A stretch of 51,720 nt of DNA, from assembly GCA_044361485.1 (NCBI GenBank), contig JBIKIS010000001.1, positions 1 to 51,720 of the forward strand. The letters are read 5' to 3'. Below are positions 37,201-47,637 of the stretch, piece by piece. Numbering within the stretch: position 1 is the first letter of the stretch; every line of letters starts with the position of its first letter. The notes below the pieces were generated by a model. The model saw only the letters and a list, made by a program, of their open reading frames with translations. It was not told where the DNA came from and ran no database searches. Source of the stretch: Sediminibacterium sp. Lineage in GTDB: Bacteria > Bacteroidota > Bacteroidia > Chitinophagales > Chitinophagaceae. The translations under genes were made by a program, and so were the position numbers.

Positions 37201-37325
37201 ATGGTAGAAGGGCCTAAAGACCTTGCAGCCATTACCTGAAAATAAGAGGAATTAATAGTGGTTTGTGCACTTGTTAAAAGAGCAAACAACAAAAAGATCC
37301 CAGAAAAAAATATTTTCTTATGCAT
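34296..37325 (-). CDS. VPS10/sortilin-like BNR-repeat beta-propeller protein (putative glycosyl hydrolase)
   Basis: GPSTMSGRI, many S.DGG..W Asp-box repeats, HADHHALWI, GGLQDN, GSHGRG. Confidence 0.9.
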   Translation of the reverse strand: MHKKIFFSGIFLLFALLTSAQTTINSSYFQVMAARSLGPSTMSGRITSIDGITADGQLNLYVGTAGGGIWKSQNGGLSFKPLFDKYCQSIGALAIEPGNAKVVYAGTGESNMRNSVSYGDGLYKTTDGGNNWQKIGLEGTERISKIIVDPTDKKTVYVSAPGPLWNNSANRGLYKTTDGGKSWAKILYVNEETGCADIAMHPTKPNVIYASMWQFRRKAYAFSSGGPGSGLFKSLDGGKTWNKLSKGLPAGEFGRIVITINPSKPSELMAIVEAKESGIFVSEDEGENWKKLPTNENLTARPFYFSTLVYDPKDPKRVYRPAYDFQFSSDGGNSWSGAFTGGVPPHADHHALWINPSNPDMMFLGTDGGIYMSTNRGTAWSFLNNLPVGQFYHVSTDNQTPYNVYGGLQDNNSWMAPSSAPGGVTAVDWRWINGGDGFWVQPSLLNSKVIFSESQGGEISKVDLTTGLSYGIRPKKLEGDDEHRWNWNTPIVMGTSKKKNAAGKPVYNLYTAAQYLFKSTDDGKNWERISPDLTTNDPNKINQAEKNTGSITGDNTSAENHCTIFTLVQDPKNENVIWVGTDDGNLQLTTDGGKTWQNKAPAIWKTGVPEKTWISSIEISSLDSKRIYVTLDNHMYGDMNTYVVMSADGGVTWKKFSSPEFTGFAHVIREDIVNEKLLFLGTEMGLFISLDGGNNWMRSKYQNMPWYNLVRDIKIQPQTNDLVIGSHGRGIYIIDNIEPLRELVKSDVNQPVKFYPVQNFKYAYTPQFPLPADNLTGWNGGSNAVAPTFYYYLKERSNTGVKIEIYDASNKKIKDINGSSSKGLNRVYWDLTINAPKVAQGGYIAQSTVLFSSVIGPKVDIGTYKVVLKTDGKEYVQNILIEANPAKGLSAQTVGLLHKQSMRLYQLHERLHTLIDSLDKTVKTISLGDTSATSVKEKLSKLDLFKREIVELNRKSIFFDEFKYRRRVSDLYVSVANGLEPLSPIQEKGIAVLEDQFLVFQKRFFDLIK

Positions 37326-37356
37326 AAAAAAAGTGTGAGGTCAATTAAATAATAAA

Positions 37357-38061
37357 TTAGTTACCGCCATTAAAAATAGCTGCATCAATAGTAGGGTTAA
37401 CAATGATTTTTTTATTAACCATCATCATTTGACCTTGGTCTTGCTTTAAAGCCATTTTAATACCAAAATCAAGTGTTTGATAATCCAAATATTTAACAGC
37501 AGACTTTACTTCTTGTCCTTGTTGCTTTACAACAGACTCTATTTTATAAATTAAATTGGTTTGAATATCAAAGAAATAAGTTTTGTCATTGCCGTTTTTA
37601 GTGGTCATCTTAATTTTATGGTACTCATTACCATCTTCTTCATCTTTTCCTAAAAATTCAACAACAGAACCTTTTGACTTATAATCGATAAACGCATCTT
37701 GAATATCTAAATCATCTAATTTTTGTTTTAATTCATCATCTGTGATTGGGCTTAAAGTAGCCTTACCGCCAAATGGATTTTGAGACCAACCTTTAGAAGG
37801 GGTTGTAATATCAATGATTTTATTGCCCTGAAACTCAGCGTCTACACGGGTGCCTTTCATTTGAACACCTTGCATCACAAATGGAATCGCAATCCCTTGC
37901 ATTTCAATTTGTCCTTCAATTTTGATGGATTGTACTTTAGACCATTTTTCGGCACCACCAATAGCGGTAATATACTTTGCAATGATATCATCTGCAGATT
38001 GTGCACTTACGGTAAAAACAGCTGATACAAGGACAGCCATTACAAGAAACACTTTTTTCAT
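37357..38061 (-). CDS. Outer-membrane lipoprotein-sorting (LolA-like) protein
   Basis: Signal peptide then QSADDIIAKYITAIGG, typical of this Bacteroidota family. Confidence 0.72.
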   Translation of the reverse strand: MKKVFLVMAVLVSAVFTVSAQSADDIIAKYITAIGGAEKWSKVQSIKIEGQIEMQGIAIPFVMQGVQMKGTRVDAEFQGNKIIDITTPSKGWSQNPFGGKATLSPITDDELKQKLDDLDIQDAFIDYKSKGSVVEFLGKDEEDGNEYHKIKMTTKNGNDKTYFFDIQTNLIYKIESVVKQQGQEVKSAVKYLDYQTLDFGIKMALKQDQGQMMMVNKKIIVNPTIDAAIFNGGN

Positions 38062-38208
38062 AACGTTGAGTTTAAAAATTTAAAATATAGTAGTTGATTA
38101 GAAAGACTTATTGAATGTAAAATAATATAAATCAATTATGGCCTAAGTAAATATATATGAACGGCAAAAAAACCTCAAACAAGCGTTTTTTTAATGGATG
38201 ATTTGAAC

Positions 38209-39405
38209 CTACTTAATAACACCCAATTCTTTACCCACGGCTGTAAAAGCTTCAATGGCCTGATCTAATTGAGCGGTGGTATGTGCCGCAGAAATTTGAA
38301 CCCTAATTCTGGCCTGACCTTTTGCAACAACAGGGTAATAAAAACCAATGACGTAAATACCTTTTTCCAATAATTTTTCGGCCATTTTTTGAGATATTAC
38401 TGCATCGTACAACATAATTGGCACAATAGGATGTGTACCTAGTTTAATATCAAAACCTGCGGCCGTAATTTTTTCTCTAAAATATTGTGTATTGGCTTCT
38501 AGGGTATCACGTAACTCGGTGGTTTGCGACAACAAGTCAAATACTGCAATAGAAGCACCTGTAATAGATGGTGCTAGCGTATTTGAAAATAAATAAGGTC
38601 TTGAGCGTTGTCTTAATATTTCAATAATTTCTTTTTTACCTGATGTAAAACCTCCCGATGCACCACCTAATGCTTTGCCTAATGTGCCGGTAATAATATC
38701 TACTTTTCCCATCACTCCTTTTAGCTCATGCACCCCTCTTCCTGTTTTTCCTAAAAATCCGGTAGAATGGCATTCGTCTGTCATGACCAAGGCCTCATAC
38801 TTTTCGGCCAATTCAACAATTTTATCTAGTTGGGCAATTGTACCATCCATAGAAAATGCACCATCTGTTACAATTATTTTTTGAACAGCACCGGCAGCTA
38901 CTGCTTCCTTTAATTTAGCTTCCAAATCTTCCATGGAATTGTGTTCATACCTGTAGCGCATAGACTTTGTAAGTCTTACGCCATCAATAATGGAAGCATG
39001 ATTGAGTGCATCAGAAATAATGGCATCCTTTTCACCAAACAAAGGCTCAAATACACCGCCGTTGGCATCAAATGCGGCAGCATATAAAATGGTATCTTCT
39101 GTTCCTAAAAATTCAGAAATCTTTTGTTCTAATGTTTTATGAATATCCTGTGTGCCACAAATAAAACGTACAGATGATAAACCAAACCCATGCGAATCAA
39201 TAGCTGCTTTTGCAGCTTCAATTACTTTTGGATGAGACGATAATCCTAAGTAATTATTGGCACAAAAATTCAAAACCTCTTGCCCACCCTGAATCGTAAT
39301 TTGAGCCGCTTGCGCCGATGTAATGATTCTTTCTTTCTTGAATAAGCCAGCTTCTTTTATAGATGCTATTTCGTTAACTAAAAAGGGTTTGAATTGATCG
39401 TACAT
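38209..39405 (-). CDS. kbl: Glycine C-acetyltransferase (2-amino-3-ketobutyrate CoA ligase)
   Basis: NFCANNYLGL, SVRFICGTQD, LNHASIIDG, TLGKALGGASGG, RSRPYLFSN. Confidence 0.97.
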   Translation of the reverse strand: MYDQFKPFLVNEIASIKEAGLFKKERIITSAQAAQITIQGGQEVLNFCANNYLGLSSHPKVIEAAKAAIDSHGFGLSSVRFICGTQDIHKTLEQKISEFLGTEDTILYAAAFDANGGVFEPLFGEKDAIISDALNHASIIDGVRLTKSMRYRYEHNSMEDLEAKLKEAVAAGAVQKIIVTDGAFSMDGTIAQLDKIVELAEKYEALVMTDECHSTGFLGKTGRGVHELKGVMGKVDIITGTLGKALGGASGGFTSGKKEIIEILRQRSRPYLFSNTLAPSITGASIAVFDLLSQTTELRDTLEANTQYFREKITAAGFDIKLGTHPIVPIMLYDAVISQKMAEKLLEKGIYVIGFYYPVVAKGQARIRVQISAAHTTAQLDQAIEAFTAVGKELGVIK

Positions 39406-39409
39406 AAAA

Positions 39410-40372
39410 TTATTTGTGCTTGTTGTAATTAAAATAGCTAGGTAAGTTGTCTACAATAGCTGCTGTCATTGCGTTTAAATCAAATGCGGGTTTCCAATTC
39501 CAGTCATGTTGCGCGGCACTATCATCGATACTGTTGGGCCAACTGTCTGCAATTTGTTGTCTAAAATCGGATACGTATTCGATTGTAAATTTCGGGAAAT
39601 AAGGCAATAAACTTTGATAAATTTCCTTTGGCGAAAAACTCATGCCCGATAAATTATAACTCGTACGAATCTTAATATTTTCTTTGGGGGCATTCATTAA
39701 TTGAATGGTTGCTTGTATCGCATCTTCCATATACATCATTGGCAAATACGTATCAGCACTTAAAAAGCAAGTGAACTTTTCGTCGTTGAGGGCTTTATGG
39801 TAAATATCTACTGCATAATCTGTGGTTCCTCCGCCCGGTAAAGACTTGTATCCAATTAAACCAGGATACCTGATACTTCTTACATCTACGCCGTATTTAT
39901 TAAAATAATATTCGCACCAGTGCTCACCCGCCAATTTAGAAATACCATACACGGTGTTAGGATCTTTAAAAGCCTGTTGAGGTGTCCCGTTTTTAGGAGA
40001 GTTGGGGCCAAAAACGGCAATAGAACTAGGCCAAAAAACTTTATCAATAGCAAACTCACGCGCTACTTCTAAAACATTAAGTAGGCCACCCATATTTAAG
40101 TCCCAAGCATGTACCGGATTTTTTTCACCAAGTGCCGATAAAATAGCTGCTAAATGATACACCTGCGTAACACCCTCTTTTTTTACAATGGCAGCAAGCG
40201 CCGCCCTATCCATCACGTTTAGGGTTTGAAAAGCGCAGTAATCGAACTTACTTTTAACAGATTCCTGAAAATCAGTAGCTATAACTGCTTCATTTCCATA
40301 GGTATTTGCGAGTACTTTTGTGAGTTCCGTTCCTAACTGTCCCCCTGCACCAATAAGCAAAATCTTAGCCAT
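39410..40372 (-). CDS. tdh: L-threonine 3-dehydrogenase (SDR/epimerase type)
   Basis: GAGGQLG, YHLAAILSA.GE, PSSIAVFG, YGISK, PGGGTTDYAV; adjacent to kbl. Confidence 0.88.
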   Translation of the reverse strand: MAKILLIGAGGQLGTELTKVLANTYGNEAVIATDFQESVKSKFDYCAFQTLNVMDRAALAAIVKKEGVTQVYHLAAILSALGEKNPVHAWDLNMGGLLNVLEVAREFAIDKVFWPSSIAVFGPNSPKNGTPQQAFKDPNTVYGISKLAGEHWCEYYFNKYGVDVRSIRYPGLIGYKSLPGGGTTDYAVDIYHKALNDEKFTCFLSADTYLPMMYMEDAIQATIQLMNAPKENIKIRTSYNLSGMSFSPKEIYQSLLPYFPKFTIEYVSDFRQQIADSWPNSIDDSAAQHDWNWKPAFDLNAMTAAIVDNLPSYFNYNKHK

Positions 40373-40457
40373 TAACTAATGTTTGTTTGTACGCGTGAAA
40401 TTAGTTGATTTGGCTAAAAATGCAAAGTTCTGATGTAAAAAAGGAGTTAAAAAGCTA

Positions 40458-41336
40458 TTAGCTCTTAAGTTTTTCGACAGTCATTTTTGAGTAGATAAAA
40501 TAGGTTACTATCGAAAATGTCAAACCTATAATGATAATTAAGTAGTTCATGGGCTTTGGCATACTTAGTGACATTCGAATTAGTATGGTGGTAATGATAA
40601 AGCTGGCATTCCTAAAAATGAGGTTAAATGAAAATTGATAGATAAATGAAATAATGAGTAAGAGTACATCAACAAAAATCATGATTGTAAAAAAGTCGGT
40701 ATAAAAAACAGTGTTAGGATTTGGAAAAGATGTTTTGCTTTGAAAAGCCAACTTTACATCGTTGAGCCAAGAAAATAAACTTATAAAACTTAAACCAATA
40801 AGCACGCCGCACATAATAACGGACAACACTTTTTTGATTTTAATAAACTGTTCTAAATCTACATGAGCGTCACTTACACCATGCTTTTTATACATTTTAT
40901 TATAAACCAACGTAGAAAAAAGCATAATTATTGATGCGCCTAAATCATAAAGTATATTAATAAAGTTTGGATTATTAATAGTGGCAATAGCAGTAAAATC
41001 TATGTCTGCAATGTCATGAAAAAAGCTACGAAGTGTAATAAGAGCAATGATTTCAAACTGCTTACCTATAAATTCAGAGATAGATTTAGGAATGATAATG
41101 ACGAGCAAAAAAACCTCGTAATAAAGAATAAAACTAAACGGAGTATAAATTGCCTTTAAGTAACTATGACTATTAGGTCCAATAAAATTAAAAGTGTTTT
41201 CAAAAAAAATAAAAGCGATGTGTGCAACAAATGAAATAATAGAAACCTTTAAAATAGCAACTTCAAAAAAATGTAATTTTTTTGAAGTACTTAGTGTATC
41301 ATAAATACCTAGTAATTTGCTAAGTAAAGTATTCAT
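40458..41336 (-). CDS. Hypothetical multi-pass membrane protein
   Basis: About 8 hydrophobic segments; AIYTPFSFIL.YEV, KQFEIIALI, RNASF. Confidence 0.8.
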   Translation of the reverse strand: MNTLLSKLLGIYDTLSTSKKLHFFEVAILKVSIISFVAHIAFIFFENTFNFIGPNSHSYLKAIYTPFSFILYYEVFLLVIIIPKSISEFIGKQFEIIALITLRSFFHDIADIDFTAIATINNPNFINILYDLGASIIMLFSTLVYNKMYKKHGVSDAHVDLEQFIKIKKVLSVIMCGVLIGLSFISLFSWLNDVKLAFQSKTSFPNPNTVFYTDFFTIMIFVDVLLLIISFIYQFSFNLIFRNASFIITTILIRMSLSMPKPMNYLIIIIGLTFSIVTYFIYSKMTVEKLKS

Positions 41337-41437
41337 TGTTCTACTTTATATTTTTATACTTTGCAAGCATTAAAAAACATCCCGCTCCAAAGAGAAGGGT
41401 AATTAATCCAGCAAAGTATGGAAGTATGTCTGTCATA

Positions 41438-41614
41438 TCATTCTTTGTTAGTTAGTTTAAGGAATATACCAAAACATAAAATGGATGGAACCCAAAGTCC
41501 AACAAATAGAGCTTGTTCTTTATTACCTGTAAACCACATAATTTCTGAAAAAACAAGGGAAAGAAGTGCAGCAACTAATAATAGAATGTCGCCGCTTGTA
41601 AATTTTTTAAACAT
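41438..41614 (-). CDS. Small two-TM membrane protein
   Basis: MFKKFTSGD...ALFVGLWVPSIL; ATG at 41614. Confidence 0.7.
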   Translation of the reverse strand: MFKKFTSGDILLLVAALLSLVFSEIMWFTGNKEQALFVGLWVPSILCFGIFLKLTNKE

Positions 41615-41731
41615 AAAATGTAAGTTTCTTCTGTAATGTAACCTATTTAAAGGGTAAAGTAATTTAAATGTTAAATCGTTTAAGTAACCGAACAATAAGT
41701 TCAAACAAGTGTTATAGAAAAAAACAAATAC

Positions 41732-42244
41732 ATGAAAATCAAGAATTTAATGCTGGCTCTAGTAGTAATAGCTGCTAGCACTATCACTGTTAAGGCGCAA
41801 TCTACAATTGTAGACATCGCTGTTGGATCTAAAGATCATTCAACTTTAGTTGCTGCTGTTAAAGCTGCAGACTTAGTTGCTACGCTTCAAAGTGCAGGAC
41901 CTTTCACCGTTTTTGCACCAACAAATGCAGCATTTGCAAAATTACCTGCAGGTACTGTAGAATTTTTATTAAAGCCAGAAAACAAAGCAACCTTAGCTAA
42001 AATTTTAACATACCACGTTGTAGCTGGTAGTTTTAATGCAGGCGCTGTTGTAAAAGCTATCAAAGATGGTGGCGGATCTGTAACATTAAAAACTGTAAGT
42101 GGTGGCAACCTAGTTGCTTCTATCAAAGAAGGAAAAGTAATTTTAACAGACGAAAAAGGTGCTACATCAACTGTAGTTGCTACAGATTTAACTGGTTCAA
42201 ACGGTTTAATCCACGTTGTGGATGCTGTTGTATTACCAAAGTAA
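41732..42244 (+). CDS. Fasciclin (FAS1) domain protein
   Basis: STLVAAVKAADL, GPFTVFAPTNAAF, ILTYHVV, SNGLIHVVDAV. Confidence 0.95.
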   Translation: MKIKNLMLALVVIAASTITVKAQSTIVDIAVGSKDHSTLVAAVKAADLVATLQSAGPFTVFAPTNAAFAKLPAGTVEFLLKPENKATLAKILTYHVVAGSFNAGAVVKAIKDGGGSVTLKTVSGGNLVASIKEGKVILTDEKGATSTVVATDLTGSNGLIHVVDAVVLPK

Positions 42245-42266
42245 TTATAGCTCACCAATATTTTAT

Positions 42267-42305
42267 AATAGGGTTTACGCAATAACACGCGTAAACCCTA
42301 TTTTT
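42267..42305 (+). terminator. Intrinsic terminator after fasciclin
   Basis: AATAGGGTTTACGC...GCGTAAACCCTATT plus T tract. Confidence 0.75.
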
Positions 42306-42321
42306 GTATAAACTTATTGGT

Positions 42322-42606
42322 ATGGAACAAAGAGATGAGCAACTATGGAAATTGGCTAAAAAACGAGCCAACACAAAACGTAATGGCCTAGTTTATTTAA
42401 CAATTGTTGTTTTCTTATGGATTATTTGGCTCAGTAATAATGATTTTGCGTTTGGTAAAAACATGATTTATGCATGGCCCAAATGGCCTACTTTGGGGCT
42501 TGGTATCGCATTTGTTTTTGAATATATCGATGCATACTATCGAGACAACGATTCTTTAATTGAAAAAGAATACGAAAAATTAAAAAATAAAAGCAATAAG
42601 GCTTAA
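42322..42606 (+). CDS. 2TM domain protein
   Basis: DEQLWKLAKKRA...WP.WP.LG.G...EKEYEKLK. Confidence 0.8.
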   Translation: MEQRDEQLWKLAKKRANTKRNGLVYLTIVVFLWIIWLSNNDFAFGKNMIYAWPKWPTLGLGIAFVFEYIDAYYRDNDSLIEKEYEKLKNKSNKA

Positions 42607-42617
42607 AAAATAAGTAT

Positions 42618-44840
42618 TTGAAGCGTAAAAAGAAAATTATAGCAGCGGGCATTTTATTTTTTATCCCTATCTCATTTTTATTTGGACAAATCAGTAAAGA
42701 CACAACAAGTAAAACAAATAATTTAAATCCTGTTAGTGTTTATTACAACCGTTGGGAAAGAAAAATAAACGAAGTACCCAACCGCATCACTAAGTTTAAT
42801 TTTAAGGAACAGCGTTTACAAAATCCACAAACCATGGCTGATGCCATAGGCTTAACTGGAGAGGTGTTTGTACAAAAAAGTCAAATGGGTGGCGGTAGCC
42901 CTATGATTAGGGGGTTTGCAACCAACCGTGTGTTAATTGTTGTGGATGGAGTTAGAATGAACAATGCCATTTACAGAAGCGGCAACTTACAAAATATCAT
43001 TTCCTTTGATCCTTTAGCACTACAAGACGCTGAAGTAATTTTTGGACCAGGTTCATTAATGTATGGGAGTGATGCCATTGGTGGCGTTATGGATTTTCAC
43101 ACCCTCGAACCTAAATTAGCCGCAAATAATAAGACAATTGTATTAGGCGATGCGCTTGTAAGGTATGCATCTGCAAACAATGAAAAAACGGGTCATGCTA
43201 ATGTAAACATCGCTGCAAAAAAATTATCCTTTCTAACCAGTTTCACAACTAGTAATTTTGGTGATTTACAAATGGGAAAAAATGGAGGTCAAGATAATTA
43301 TTTGCGCAAAGAATACATCGAGCGCATCAATAACCAAGATGTAGTGGTACAAAATACAAACCCATACCTACAAAAAAATAGTGGCTACCATCAAAATAAC
43401 CTACTCACTAAATTAAGGTATAAACCAAGTGAACACTGGGATATACAGTATGGATATCATTATTCAAAAACTGGAAATATCCCTCGCTACGATAGATTAA
43501 TCGAATACGCGTCAGGTAATTTGCGTTTTGCGGAATGGAATTATGGTCCACAGTTTTGGACGATGCAAAATGTACACATTCAACATAAAAAAAATACTAC
43601 CCTTTACAACGAAGCAAAAATTGTAGTTGCCTATCAGCAATACCAAGAAAGTAGAATAGACCGTAGACGAAACAACAACAACCAACGAACACAAACCGAA
43701 AACGTAGATGCTACTTCAGTTAATCTAGACTTTACAAAATCACTGAATCCTAAAGAAGAAATTTTTTATGGTGCAGAATGGATAGGTAATACGGTAGGAT
43801 CAACAGCAACCAATATAAATATCACCAACGGGAACCAAACTAGGGTTGCAACGCGCTACCCGGATGGTGCAACCTGGAATTCTTTTGCAGTATATTCAAG
43901 CTATAAAAAAATTATCAACGATCAATTCAATTTTTCGGGTGGACTACGCTACAATACGGGTCAAACAAAAGCAAACTTTGATACTAACTTTTTTAAATTT
44001 CCTTTTACAAGATCCAAATTACAAAACAGCAGTGTTACAGGAAATATAGGTGTCGTGTATAAAACAAGTGAACGTTTACAGCTCAATGCACTAATCTCCA
44101 CAGGATTTAGAATGCCCAACATAGATGATATTGGAAAAGTGTTTGAATCGGCACCAGGAAATGTAGTAGTTCCCAATACAAATTTGCGATCTGAATATGC
44201 GTGGAACTATGAAATAGGTTTACAGTACAATCATCCAGAAAAAATAAACTACTATATTTCAATTTTCACCACCTCACTGCGTCATGCATTAACCAATAGA
44301 CCATTTACATTTAATGGACAAGACTCTATAATGTATGATGGCACAAAAAGTCGGGTTAACGCTATTCAAAATGTGGCTCACGCAAATGTTTGGGGTATAC
44401 AATTAGGATGGGAATTTTTTTTCAATAAGCATACCAAATGGCAATCAAAATTAAATTGGATTGAAGGCCATGAAACAGATGATATAAAAAATGAGCAAGT
44501 GCCACTCAGACATGCCCCTCCTTTATTTGGTAGTAGTGCTATTCAGTGGCAAAAAAAACAGTTTACAATTGAAGTAAACTCACAATTTAATTGTCAAATA
44601 AACAGTGCAAATTTGGCGCCAAGTGAAAAAGCAAAAACGTTTATTTATGCAAAAGATGAAAATGGTAATCCGTATGCGCCATCATGGTACACCATTAATA
44701 TAAAAGCGACTTATACCCTAGGTAAGTTTCAATGCAATCTAGGATGGGAAAATATAACCAACCAGCGCTACAGGCCCTATTCATCAGGGATTGTAGCTGC
44801 TGGCAGTAATATTATAACAAGTGTGCGTTATAGCTTTTAA
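42618..44840 (+). CDS. TonB-dependent receptor
   Basis: Plug VFVQKSQMGGGSPMIRG, GPGSLMYGSDAIGG; C-terminal VRYSF; TTG start. Confidence 0.92.
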   Translation: MKRKKKIIAAGILFFIPISFLFGQISKDTTSKTNNLNPVSVYYNRWERKINEVPNRITKFNFKEQRLQNPQTMADAIGLTGEVFVQKSQMGGGSPMIRGFATNRVLIVVDGVRMNNAIYRSGNLQNIISFDPLALQDAEVIFGPGSLMYGSDAIGGVMDFHTLEPKLAANNKTIVLGDALVRYASANNEKTGHANVNIAAKKLSFLTSFTTSNFGDLQMGKNGGQDNYLRKEYIERINNQDVVVQNTNPYLQKNSGYHQNNLLTKLRYKPSEHWDIQYGYHYSKTGNIPRYDRLIEYASGNLRFAEWNYGPQFWTMQNVHIQHKKNTTLYNEAKIVVAYQQYQESRIDRRRNNNNQRTQTENVDATSVNLDFTKSLNPKEEIFYGAEWIGNTVGSTATNINITNGNQTRVATRYPDGATWNSFAVYSSYKKIINDQFNFSGGLRYNTGQTKANFDTNFFKFPFTRSKLQNSSVTGNIGVVYKTSERLQLNALISTGFRMPNIDDIGKVFESAPGNVVVPNTNLRSEYAWNYEIGLQYNHPEKINYYISIFTTSLRHALTNRPFTFNGQDSIMYDGTKSRVNAIQNVAHANVWGIQLGWEFFFNKHTKWQSKLNWIEGHETDDIKNEQVPLRHAPPLFGSSAIQWQKKQFTIEVNSQFNCQINSANLAPSEKAKTFIYAKDENGNPYAPSWYTINIKATYTLGKFQCNLGWENITNQRYRPYSSGIVAAGSNIITSVRYSF

Positions 44841-44846
44841 TCTGGT

Positions 44847-47549
44847 TTATTTTTCTAGATAGAGTTGGTTAAATAGCATTTTATATGTGCTATGTGTTTG
44901 TCCTCTAAAAGTAATTTCTGGACCATATACCATTAGTTTTCCTTTACCCACTTTTGCTTCAAATGCAGCAACTGCTTGTTGTAAGTATGATTGTCCAAAA
45001 GCCCACCCACTTCGAAGTGTTTTATCGGTAGCAAACCAGGCAAGCGGTGTTACTTCACCAGTTGCTGTTGCATTTGGTAGTAAATTAAATACAGGGCTTG
45101 CACTAAAATACACATCGGCTGTTGGCTTCATACCCCAGTTTGCTTTATGGTCATTATTAACAGCAACCTGCATCACAGATCCCGGAATATAAAATTTTTC
45201 GCCAGGTAATGGGCGTTCTTTTCCATTCACCATTTCAACAAGTGCATTGCGCACCGGTAATTTAAAATGGTAGGCTAAATTAGCGCTGCTACCAATTGTT
45301 ATAATGGTTCCACCCGCTTCGGTAAATTCTTTTAAAGCAGGAATTGATTTTGCAGCCGTAATTCGTCCTAGCTGTGCGTGGTACATTTCAGGAATCTCTT
45401 TTTCACTAGGCTCTCTGCCTTCGTACCCTCCCATTGCATTTGATCCAGCTTCTGCACGAAACGCTGGAATCGCACCACCAACAAATAAAAAAACATCGTA
45501 CTTACTTTTTAAATTACCTGCGTCAATTTCTTTTGCAAATACCACCGTAAATGGAAAATGATACTGCTCAAAAATCCATCTTGTCCATCCAGAAGGCATA
45601 GACCCACCATACACATCCCAAAGTGCAATTCTGCTAGGCTTTAATCCAACAGCGCCCATATTTAATTTTTGTTGTACGCCTGTAATTTTTACACCATGTT
45701 TAGCAGCTGCATTTTCTAAAATAGATACCGCTTTATCTGAAGCAGTTACATAAAAAAATTCGCTATTTTTTTCTACCTCAAAACCCTCTTTTAATAAATC
45801 ATTCATTAAAATATAGCTCGCGTTTTCTTTGGTAGAAAATGTGTAACCAACAGCACCTTCTAATTTTGTAAAAGAACCTTTGTGCTTTTGCTCCTCTCCA
45901 TAAGGGATTGTTTCAAACGGTCCATCAAATGGTTCTAGTATGCGGTCAAACTCAAGACCCATGGTATACGCTGGCGTCCAGCCTGCTGCATCATAAGGTC
46001 TTACTGGTGGACCACCAGGATATTGAAAATCGTTGGGATGATCCTGTGGTTCAAACATATCAATCACATGCGGTCTAAATGCTTGATTGGTTTTTACAAC
46101 ATACGATCCTGCTTCATATTCTTTATCGCCAACTTTAAAATTAGTCGTTGCTTTTTCTACTCGAATACCACTCTTAATTAAAATATTTACAAAATTGGTA
46201 GCAGTAGTTGTTTGTGAAATTGGAATAATATAACCACGTGCATCTCTCAGTTTTGGATTTTTGTATACTTTTTCATAGTACTGTAATGCAATGGTATCGG
46301 CACGTTGGTCTTTTTGATCTGCCTTCATTAATTCGTTCACCATCTCTACTTTATTTGGAGATAATGTCCAATAGTCTTTGCTACCAGCATTGATTGAATT
46401 TTTACCCATGGTATAAATATTCATAAGTAGTTCATCTTTATGACGAGATGCATAATTTAATACCGCATAATTTAATGATACTGAATAATCGATTGAACTT
46501 CTGAAATACCATTTTTGTGGCGCAATAGGAAAAGGTGTACCACTATTAGGAATAAGTCGAGACGGCACAAATGGAATTTTCATAGGTGTTGGATTACCAA
46601 TCATTTCTGTTAGAAGGCCAACAATATTATGGTAGTATGCTGTTGTTCGTAATCCACCATTCCACCAAGTCGAATAAACCGATCCGCTTTTCATAGTATA
46701 GCCTGGTTTATTTTCGGCATTTAGTCTTGTACTCATTACGGCACCTAATTGATCAATACCTGTAATCAATAATGGATCATACACATAATTAAAAGGATCA
46801 CGGTAAGGAGGGCCTGCTACAACAGTACCTGCAGGACCTGTTTGGTGATGATTGTATAAAATTTGAGGCATCCATTCTACATATTGTTGAAGGCTCATAT
46901 TGCGTGACTCACTCATATTAGTCATATAAAAATCACGATTGTTGTCATGACCAATATATTTTTGATAAAGCCTTGGTAAGTTGGCAGTGTTGCGTTTTAA
47001 AGTATCAGTGTGTCGCATGTACCAATTAGATTGTAGTTCTTGGCCATCCGGATTTGCATGTACAAATAAAATGATAGTAGATTTTAAAATCCTCTTTGTT
47101 TCATCGTCGTTACGAGATAAAATTTGATACAATGTTTCGATCCACTGATGAATGCCAAGTACTTCATTGGCATGCAATCCGCCATCTATCCATACAACCG
47201 CTTTACCTTCGTTAGCAAGTTGCTTGGCATCCGCATCGGTTAAGCCTTCGGCTCTAGCCATTTGTTGCGATATTGATTTATACTTTGCAAGCTTGGATAA
47301 ATTAGCTGGGTCAGACACAATAACCATATACTGGGTACGGCCTTCTTCGGTGGTACCAATACTTTGAAGCTTCATTTTATTAGAAGCCGCTGCTAATTTT
47401 TGTAGGTATGCTTCTGTTTGCGTGTAATTGGCTAACTGATAATTATCACCAATATTAAATCCAAAATGAGATTTTGGACTTGGCACATTTTGCGCTTGGG
47501 CAAAAAAGGCAACTACAAGAGAAAGTAACAAAAGGGCTTTCCTAAGCAT
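44847..47549 (-). CDS. M14 zinc carboxypeptidase family protein
   Basis: GGLHANE (HxxE), NPDG, HDNNRD, NHHQ; signal peptide. Confidence 0.9.
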   Translation of the reverse strand: MLRKALLLLSLVVAFFAQAQNVPSPKSHFGFNIGDNYQLANYTQTEAYLQKLAAASNKMKLQSIGTTEEGRTQYMVIVSDPANLSKLAKYKSISQQMARAEGLTDADAKQLANEGKAVVWIDGGLHANEVLGIHQWIETLYQILSRNDDETKRILKSTIILFVHANPDGQELQSNWYMRHTDTLKRNTANLPRLYQKYIGHDNNRDFYMTNMSESRNMSLQQYVEWMPQILYNHHQTGPAGTVVAGPPYRDPFNYVYDPLLITGIDQLGAVMSTRLNAENKPGYTMKSGSVYSTWWNGGLRTTAYYHNIVGLLTEMIGNPTPMKIPFVPSRLIPNSGTPFPIAPQKWYFRSSIDYSVSLNYAVLNYASRHKDELLMNIYTMGKNSINAGSKDYWTLSPNKVEMVNELMKADQKDQRADTIALQYYEKVYKNPKLRDARGYIIPISQTTTATNFVNILIKSGIRVEKATTNFKVGDKEYEAGSYVVKTNQAFRPHVIDMFEPQDHPNDFQYPGGPPVRPYDAAGWTPAYTMGLEFDRILEPFDGPFETIPYGEEQKHKGSFTKLEGAVGYTFSTKENASYILMNDLLKEGFEVEKNSEFFYVTASDKAVSILENAAAKHGVKITGVQQKLNMGAVGLKPSRIALWDVYGGSMPSGWTRWIFEQYHFPFTVVFAKEIDAGNLKSKYDVFLFVGGAIPAFRAEAGSNAMGGYEGREPSEKEIPEMYHAQLGRITAAKSIPALKEFTEAGGTIITIGSSANLAYHFKLPVRNALVEMVNGKERPLPGEKFYIPGSVMQVAVNNDHKANWGMKPTADVYFSASPVFNLLPNATATGEVTPLAWFATDKTLRSGWAFGQSYLQQAVAAFEAKVGKGKLMVYGPEITFRGQTHSTYKMLFNQLYLEK

Positions 47550-47637
47550 AGTGGATAGTTTAGAGTATCTAAATTAACCGAACTACTTTAAAAACTAAAC
47601 TTTTGTTGGACCTTTTTATATAAGATGCTTGTATACG